Shown here piece after piece: positions 7,309-16,300 of a stretch of 28,903 nt of DNA; position 1 is the stretch's first letter, and every line of letters begins with the position of its first letter. A program made the position numbers and the translations under genes. Under the pieces are notes generated by a model, which saw nothing but the letters and a program-made list of their open reading frames with translations, had not been told where the DNA came from and did not search any database. The stretch is from an uncultured Pseudomonadota bacterium. GTDB lineage: Bacteria; Babelota; Babeliae; Babelales; UBA12409. Location: positions 1 to 28,903 of the forward strand of contig CAYUHH010000001.1 of NCBI GenBank assembly GCA_964444435.1, given 5' to 3'.

Positions 7309-10300
7309 ATGAAAATTCATTTGGTTGCGGTGTTTTTTTTCTTTACGCATTGTTTTGCTCAAGACGTTAAAACTCAAGTAGAAGGTTTGATTAAAGAAAA
7401 TCATCAGCTTTGTATTTCACAAATTTTACAAACATTTAATGTGAATATTGATATTCCTCAGTATTCTGACCTTGCTCAAACAATTTTCAAAAATTTATGC
7501 TTAACGGTTGATAAGAATAAAATAAAAGTATTGCCCAATGGTGTTGAAGTTACAGGTCAGGCTCAATACAATGATCAAAATATTTCAGTTTCATTTCGAA
7601 TTTTAAAACCAAATTCATCATATGTTTTAGAAGTAATGACAACCATACCAAAACTTTCTCTGAGTGCAATTAACTCTTCTTTGCAAATTGTAGATGTAAC
7701 GGAATTGCAAAACGTTACTATTCTTTATTCGAATGCTTCTCTTAAAGATGATTTTAATATGATTCCGGTTAAACAAGGTTTAACGGTAGAAGCAGGGCTG
7801 AAATCTGCAGGATTTTTAACGCAAGCGTTAGGATCTGGTCTTAATAAAATAGCATCGCAAGTACGTTTACGCATATTTGTGCCAGTAGGCGCAAAGAGTA
7901 TGCAAGATGTGCAGACAAGGTTGGTACCGGCAGATGGTAAGCCGATAGAGTTGTGTCTTAAAGATTTGCCTGGTTTAAGTCAGATGCCACAAGACAATGC
8001 GTACATAAAGTCATTATTAAGTGACACATGTCTGAAGGCAGAGACATTTAATTTTGATGTACAAGAAGTGGATGGAAAAAATAAGATATCAGTATCATTG
8101 GCAGGTGAAGCAGAAGTAGTTGGCGCGAAGACAAAGGTAGAATTACATTTTCAAGATGGTAATTACATTGCGGCGGTAAAGATAAAGAGTCTCGATGACC
8201 TACTGAAGAATATGCCGGGCTTAAATGATGTCGGGGATCAACTAAAGAAACTTTTTACGTTCGAAGAGTTGCTTTTTGTGGTTTCAAATACGTCAGGATT
8301 GATGCAACTTAAGACAACAGAAGAGAAACCGGAACAAACACAGACAATGGAAGATGAGTTTGCAGATTTTGATGATGAAGAACTGTTGGCATTATTTGGA
8401 GAAGAGTTTATAGAGGAAACAGAGGCTGGAGAAGAAGAGCAAACGGGAATGCAGGTTGAGCCTGGCTGGAGTATAACGGGTAAGGTGAAAGCTTCGGGAA
8501 TTATAGCGGATACGCTTTCAAAGACAAATTTGAAGGGTGCATATATAAGCATGCATATGTCAAAGAAGGGTAGCCCTGATCAAAAACAAACATTAAAAGA
8601 TATACAGATTAAGTTAGAGCCGTTAATGAAAACAGATGAAGGACTTTGTTTAGGATCATTCTTGCAAGGTGTATTGGCAAAGTTTGGTATTGATGCGTTA
8701 GTTGCACCGGTAAAAGATATTTTGGACTTTGTATGTTTTGGAACAGATATTGGTATTACCTTTAATGCTGACATGAAGCCTGAATTATTTATACAGGGAC
8801 CATTGAAGAAAAAACCAAATATGACATCGATGGTAAAAATTGGACCAGCTCTTGAGGGATCAACAAGTAAGTTCTCAGTTGTATTTGGACTTAAGGGAGC
8901 GGATCTAAAAGTAAGTGATATTATTTCATTAAAAGAACTCGACATATTTGAATTGGAAAACCCGCTTATTTTAATGACAACTAAGGATGATGCAAGTGTA
9001 TTTGATGTGCAAAATGGAGCAGTTGATCAAAATGCACCAGGTGTGATACATCACTTACAAAAAGGTTTAACGGTAGAAGCAGGTCTGAAGTCTACAGGAT
9101 TCTTAACGCAAGCGTTAGGGCCTGGCCTTAATAAATTAGCATCGCAAGTGCGCTTACGTATATTTGTGCCAGCAGGCGCAAAGAGCATGCAAGATGTGAA
9201 GACGAAGTTGGTGCCGGTAGATGGTAAGCCGATAGAGCTGTGTCTTAAAGATTTGCCTGGTTTAAGTCAGATGCCACAAGACAATGCGTACATAAAGTCA
9301 TTATTAAGTGACACATGTCTGAAGGCAGAGACATTTAATTTTGATGTACAAGAAGTGGATGGAAAAAATAAGATATCAGTATCATTGGCAGGTGAAGCAG
9401 AAGTAGTTGGCGCGAAGACAAAGGTAGAATTACATTTTCAAGATGGTAATTACATTGCGGCGGTAAAGATAAAGAGTCTCGATGACCTACTGAAGAATAT
9501 GCCGGGCTTAAATGATGTCGGGGATCAACTAAAGAAACTTTTTACGTTCGAAGAGTTGCTTTTTGTGGTTTCAAATACGTCAGGATTGATGCAACTTAAG
9601 ACAACAGAAGAGAAACCGGAACAAACACAGACAATGGAAGATGAGTTTGCAGATTTTGATGATGAAGAACTGTTGGCATTATTTGGAGAAGAGTTTATAG
9701 AGGAAACAGAGGCTGGAGAAGAAGAGCAAACGGGAATGCAGGTTGAGCCTGGCTGGAGTATAACGGGTAAGGTGAAAGCTTCGGGAATTATAGCGGATAC
9801 GCTTTCAAAGACAAATTTGAAGGGTGCATATATAAGCATGCATATGTCAAAGAAGGGTAGCCCTGATCAAAAACAAACATTAAAAGATATACAGATTAAG
9901 TTAGAGCCGTTAATGAAAACAGATGAAGGACTTTGTTTAGGATCATTCTTGCAAGGTGTATTGGCAAAGTTTGGTATTGATGCGTTAGTTGCACCGGTAA
10001 AAGATATTTTGGACTTTGTATGTTTTGGAACAGATATTGGTATTACCTTTAATGCTGACATGAAGCCTGAATTATTTATACAGGGACCATTGAAGAAAAA
10101 ACCAAATATGATTTCAATGGTTAAGATAGAGCTTGCTCCTGAAGGTTTTGCTCCTAAGTTTTATATTACGTTTGGTCTCAAAGGTGGATCACTTACTTTG
10201 AGTGATATCCTTCCAATGGATCAGCTGGATATCTTTGAGTTAGAAAATCCAATTGTTTTAATGACAACTAAGGATGATGGGAGTGTTTTTGATGTTGAAG

Positions 10301-13300
10301 ATGGGGTGCTCAATGAAAGTGCGCCGGGAGCCATTCATCATTTACAGAAAGGATTAACTGTCGAAGCCGGAATTAAATCTACCGGATTCTTAACACAAGC
10401 ATTGGGACCTGGCTTTAATAAACTTGCATCGCAAGTGCGCTTGCGTATATTTGTGCCAGTAGGTGCAAAGAGTATGAAGGATGTGCAAACGAAGTTGATT
10501 CCTGTTGATGGAAAACCACTTGAAATATGCTTGAAAGATCTTCCTGGGGTTAGTCAAATTCCTCAAGATAATGCATACATAAAATCATTGTTGAGTGATA
10601 CTTGTTTGAAAGCAACTGCGTTTGATTTTGATGTACAACAGGTTGATGGTAAAAAGAAAATATCAGTATCGTTAGCCGGTGAGGCAACGGTTGTTGGTGT
10701 TCAAACTCAAGTAGAGTTACATTTTCAAGATGGCAAATATATTGCGGCTGTGAAAGTTAAAAGTATTGATGATCTTTTAAAAAATATTCCCGGACTTAAT
10801 ATTATTGGTGATCAGCTTAAAAATTTCTTTACATTTGAACAGTTATTATTTGTTATTGCCAATACGTCGGGCAAAATTCAATTGCAGATTAACAAGGATC
10901 CAAAGAAGCCTAGTCTTGAAAAATTAAAAGCGGAATTTGGATTGCTGATACCGACAGCTCAAAAAGCTCCCGAAGCAGGAATGATTGTAAAGCCTGGAAT
11001 TACGGTTGGTGGAAAAGTTGAGTCAGATGGAGTAATCAAAACAATATTTAGTGCAATAAAAATTGTTGGTGCATATGTAAGCATTACAAAGCCAAAAGTT
11101 GAAGAAGCAACAACGCCACAAGTTAACGTTAATACACAAGGCATTGATGCATCTATGAATGGATATGTGGTAAAAATTGATCCAATAACCGCTGATGGCA
11201 CTTTGGATTTAGGAAATATATTATTAGGATTTTTTGATAATTTTGGGTTTGGTTCTTTCTTGAGTCCATTTAAAAATTTATTGAGTACATTCTCCTTTGG
11301 TATAGGGTTTGACTTGGGCATTGATTTTAGATTAGGAAAGCCTCTTTTCTTTATTAATGGACCGTTCAAATTAAATCCTTCACTACTTGGTATGTTAAAA
11401 ATTAATTTACCCTTAAAAGGATTTTCACTTGATGGAGTAGATTTTTCATTTGGATTAAAAGGGCCCTCCCTTAAATTAATAGAATTTATTCCTCTTGACG
11501 TATTAAAAGGACTTAAATTAGATTTATTCGAATTGCAAAATCTTGTTGCAGCGCTTACTAATGACATGGGAATGAGTATTTTTGACATAAAGGATGGTAT
11601 TCTCGATATAAATGCTGTTGATGCACTTCTTAATTTGCCAAAAGGACTTATGATTGAAGGCGAATTGAAAACCGCAGGGTTTTTGGCCCAAGCATTAGGT
11701 TCATTAATCGATGATGTTTTGAGTAGTGTGCGGTTCCGTATTGTTGTTCCATTTGGCGCGACTTCATTGAAAGATATTAAATTAAGTCTTAATTTACTTA
11801 AAAAACAAAAGATTTGCTTAAATAAATTGCCCGGTCTCTCCGGAATGAGCGATGTTCCTCTGTTAAAAGATGTGTTAAATACTTGTCTTGAAGTTAATTC
11901 ATTAGATTTAAACCCTATTTCTAATGATAAATACGAACTTGCAGTTGATGGGGTGGCAAAAGTCGCAGGGCAGGATGCGGATGTTCAATTACGTCTTATG
12001 GTTGATTTAAAAACAAAGAAAAAAACGTATATTGTTGGTGTTAAACCGCTTGGTAAATTAAGTGCAGAACAGATTGAGCCGGCTCTTTCATTGGTCGATA
12101 AGATTGCGGCGATAGAGAACCCGATGCTTATTTATGCAGAGGAAGATTATGAAGGGCAAATATTTTCCTTTCCTCGCGTTAATAAAGGTTTAAACATTAT
12201 TACTGATTTTAAGGCTAAAGGTTTTATTGGTGACGTATTTTCAAATCTTGGTTTGAAAAAAATTAAAGCAATGATGAAAATTACCAAAAATGATAAAGGT
12301 AAAATTCGTCCAGCGATAATATTATTCCTTGAAGGTGAAGATGATGGTGTGCCAATGTTGGGTGCTTTGGAAAAAATAATACAAGGGCTCGATATTGGCG
12401 TTGCAGAGAGTTTGCAGTCAGTAATAGAGACAATTAATTTTGGAACAGCAATTGGTATTTTATTTGATGACAAGGATAAACCAGTTTTATTCTTTGATGG
12501 GAAATTAATTAAGGGCACCGGTATTGAGGCGATGGTTAAATTTACTAAATTCGATGAAAAGGGGTCAATTTTATCCAAACATTTAGGTGATATTGCTGGA
12601 GCTGCAGTAGTTGTTGATGAACAGAGAAATATTGGATATAAAGTTACCGGTGCTATTCGCACAGGAGAAATTAGATTAGGTGATATCTCAAAAGATCTTA
12701 GTTTTCTTGATTCACAGATTAAAATTAATGACCCTATTATTGCCTTTACGAATAGTGACGGGGAATCTGCTTATGATATTGATGTCCGCGATATGGCTAT
12801 TAAAGTTATAAAAGGTCAATCAATAGAAAATCTTAATATGGGAATTACTATTTTAGGTAGAATTGAGTTTCCTCCTGGATCATATTTGTATATGATTCTT
12901 TCTAAGTTTGGACTTGATACAGCGGGGATACGTATAGAGATTCCGGTTTTAGCAAAAGAGTCAAAACAAGTTGAGTTTAAATTTGAAACTGATAGTGGAG
13001 GCAAGTCAAAAAAATTCTGCTTAAGTGATTTGAAAGGGATGGTTCCGGCTAATATTGTTCCATCAATTGCTTTATTGCAAAAAGTTTTGGGGGGATCTGA
13101 TATTTGCCTTCAAAAGAGAAATTTAGGAATGCAGCCGGTTGAAACAGGCCTTGATTTTATTTTTAACGGCTACTTTATAGTTGATGATAAACCGCAAGAT
13201 ATGGCTATCGTATTTAATGTTAAGCAAAAAGAATCTGAAGGTGGTAGTGGCCCGGAAGTTATCTTAACAACTAAATTAAGTGGGGATCTTGATTTGGGAA

Positions 13301-16300
13301 TGTTTAATGATAAGTTGAAAGGCCAAGTTGTTCTTAAGCAGCCTCGATTTATTATTTCATCCCAAGAAACTGAGGCTGATGTATTAGGTATTGGTGAGAT
13401 TCAAAAAGGTTTTAGTATTAGATCGCAAGTTCATTTTGGTGGATATATTGGACAAGCACTTGATATGTTCCAGTTAAATGATATGTATGCTACCGTTCGA
13501 ATTCCACCTGATCCTGCAGATTTAGATGGATATATTATCGAGGTAAGTCAAACGTTTGATAAAGCACAAAAACCTGCGGGGGATGATCTGCAAATTTTAG
13601 GCTTCGATTATATCTTTAAAAGCGGTATCCCTCCAACGTTGGCTCTTAATTTGAATACGCTTTTCAGGATTCCTGGAGGTTCTTCAAAACCAGTAAGTTT
13701 AACCTTCACAACAGCGGTGAGTGGTCCTGAATTTACTTTGGCTGGAACTGCAAAGTGTAATCAAGGGGCGTGTCCCGCATTATCGCTCGCGAAATTCTTT
13801 CCAGCAACAATTAGTGCAACAAAGGATGTTCCCCTTGCTGCGTTAATTCATGTTATAGGTGGTAGCGTATTAGGTCTTGGAGGAAGTGGTGTCGCTGATT
13901 TATTTGGTCAACAAGCTCAAATTTCTTTTGATGTTGATCCTGTACATGTAAAAAAATCTGGACTTAAAGGAAAGGTGAGTAAAATCTGTGCAACTGATTT
14001 TACGAAAGTTTATACATTTTTAGGAAATGTTTCATCTGGTTTTGTTGATGTTTTCAATAAAATTCCAGGTTTTTTTTGTATCACAGATGCATCATTTAGC
14101 GTTGCTCAAGATAAAGTTACTATTGCGGGTGTCGTTATTGACCCTGGTATTGTGCTTAAGGGTAATTTTGCATGCGACATTAAGGCACTGCCAATGACGG
14201 GAAAGATAGATTTAAGTATTATCCCTCCAAGTTTTTCTAATGTGATTACTAAACTACAGCAGATTGGCGTTCATGGGGTTGCGAAGTTAGATCCTGTTAA
14301 GTGGGGCGACTTTATGTCAATAACCGATGTTTCTGGTAAAGGTGGCCCGACACTTGAAATTGATGCAACTTTGAAGAAGCAGGGTGTCAAGCTGTCTGGT
14401 TTAGTTAATATAATTCATATATTGAATGTTGTTGCAGATGTGGTATTCGGTCTTGATGGAATAAGTCTTAATGTTTCTCAATCAATTGCGGGTATTCAGT
14501 TGGACCGTGAAGTAACGATTCCATTTAAGAATCCTGCGGGCGGCAGTGTTTCCTGTGTGCTTTCTCAAGGACTTGTGAAGGCGGTAACGGGGTCACTTGA
14601 AAAATTGGTTAAAGAGGCTACGGACGTGTTGAATAAAGTAGCCGGTGGAGGGCAGCAGGCATTATTAGGTTCATGTGATACTGTTCTTAAAACCTTGAAG
14701 CCTTTTTTGAATATTTCGTGTACTGATTGTCTTAATAATCTTGGTCCGCTTGGATTTATTCAGGCTGTGATTGATGCGCTAAATAAATATGCCAAGAAAA
14801 TATTAGATTCACTTGATATTAGAAGTGCAGGATTTGAAGTTGATTTTGGCAGTATTATGGCGAAAAAGATGCCATCGTTAATAATTAAATATGTTTTTGG
14901 TGGTGGCGCAGAGAAAAAATTAACGATAGGGAACTTTGATGTAACAAAGCCACAAATGGTTATTGATCAGTTAGTAATGGGTATTTGGAAAGAGTTTGCA
15001 CCAGGTCAACTTGTTTCACTTATAACTGGTAATGTTGCGGAAATTTCTAAATCAATGACAGATGCGCTTAAGGACCAAAAATTGGAGTGTACCGCTTCAT
15101 CTCAGTTTGGTGGTGCTGACATTGTATTGAAGGTTAATTTCCAGCCTTCAGATCCGCAATCAGCCCAAGCGACAGGGATTGTTTCTAAGTTATGTCTGGG
15201 AAATTTGATAACAGCTGCAAATAATCTTGGCGTTGGTATTCCTTCCGTTAAATTCCCTTCAATAGGTTGTATGAAAGAAGCAGCTCTTACTGTTTCAGCA
15301 GGTCCATTTGCTGCAATTCAAGGAACGGTTGGTTTGTTGGGGGCAAACGTACAGCTTACTGGGTCTGTTTCTAAGGATGGCGTACAACTTAATGGGACAC
15401 TTGATAAAGATGTATCTTTGGGGTTGGTCAAATTAAGCGGCCTTGAGGGAACTGGGTGTAGTTGTGGTATAACATTGAATAAGTTTTTACAACAAATTGA
15501 GCTAGATGGGAATGTCGAAATTGGTGATGGGAAGGTGATAAACTCTGTTGGGCACCTTGCTATAAGAACAGATGAAATTATTATTGATTCGACTGCTTCT
15601 ATTTTGGGTTTGAAAGCTAAGTTTAAGGCGAAGGCTCCTTTTAGTTCTCCTGAAGACATTAGTGCTACTCTGACGATTCAACAAGATATTGCACAAAATA
15701 TTAAAGATGCAATGGTTGAGTCTCTTAATGAAGCCAAAAGTCAGGCGACTGCAGGGCTTGATAAAGTGAATTCGGTTTTCTCCAAGATTAAATCTAAGTG
15801 TGGTCCTTTGGGATCTGTTTGTGATTCTGCCATGGGCGGTGCGAAAAAAATAGTTAATTCAGCAAAAGATGCGTTTAATGCGGTTACAAGTTTAGTTAAT
15901 ACTTTTGCTCAGTTGCCGCTATCTATTAAGTCAATCGTGATCAAAGCAAAGTTTATAGACATTCAACGCAAGGGATCTGCTACTGTGATATTTAATACTG
16001 GTGGTTCGGATCAGTCGATGACCGTTAATGTTTCATTGGCCGGCATGAAAGCTTTTAGTCAAGATGTTGCTCTGGCAATTATTAATAATTCATTCAAATC
16101 TCCTTTTGCAAATGCTAAGAATTTAGCTGCAGGTTTTGATAATTTAGAAAAGAAATTACTTGATATTTTAAGTAACATTGGTGATTTGTTTAAGAATTTA
16201 ATGGGGGCTGCCGTTAAAGAAATAGGCAAATTGGCGGACAGCGCTTCAGAGGCTGCCTTAAATACAGCTAAAGACATGACCGCAACTATGGGTAATTTGT

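Noticed and set aside
7309-7360. Giant protein as a lipoprotein (Cys in the leader)
   Set aside because: FTHC does not fit the lipobox [LVI][ASTVI][GAS]C; an SPase I site CFA|QD is more plausible.
8350-8388. Acidic loop as an FFAT (VAP-binding) motif
   Set aside because: EFADFDD deviates from EFFDAxE at key positions; the adaptor-ear and dileucine patterns fit better.
8238-9839. Identical antisense 104-aa ORFs (8238..8552 and 9525..9839), plus the pair 8580..8945 / 9867..10061
   Set aside because: They are shadows of the 873-bp repeat on the strand opposite a long real gene; Ser-rich, no RBS or family signal.
7774-11640. Repeats as a CRISPR array, IS element or integron
   Set aside because: They are long in-frame coding repeats with no spacers, terminal inverted repeats, transposase or integrase.
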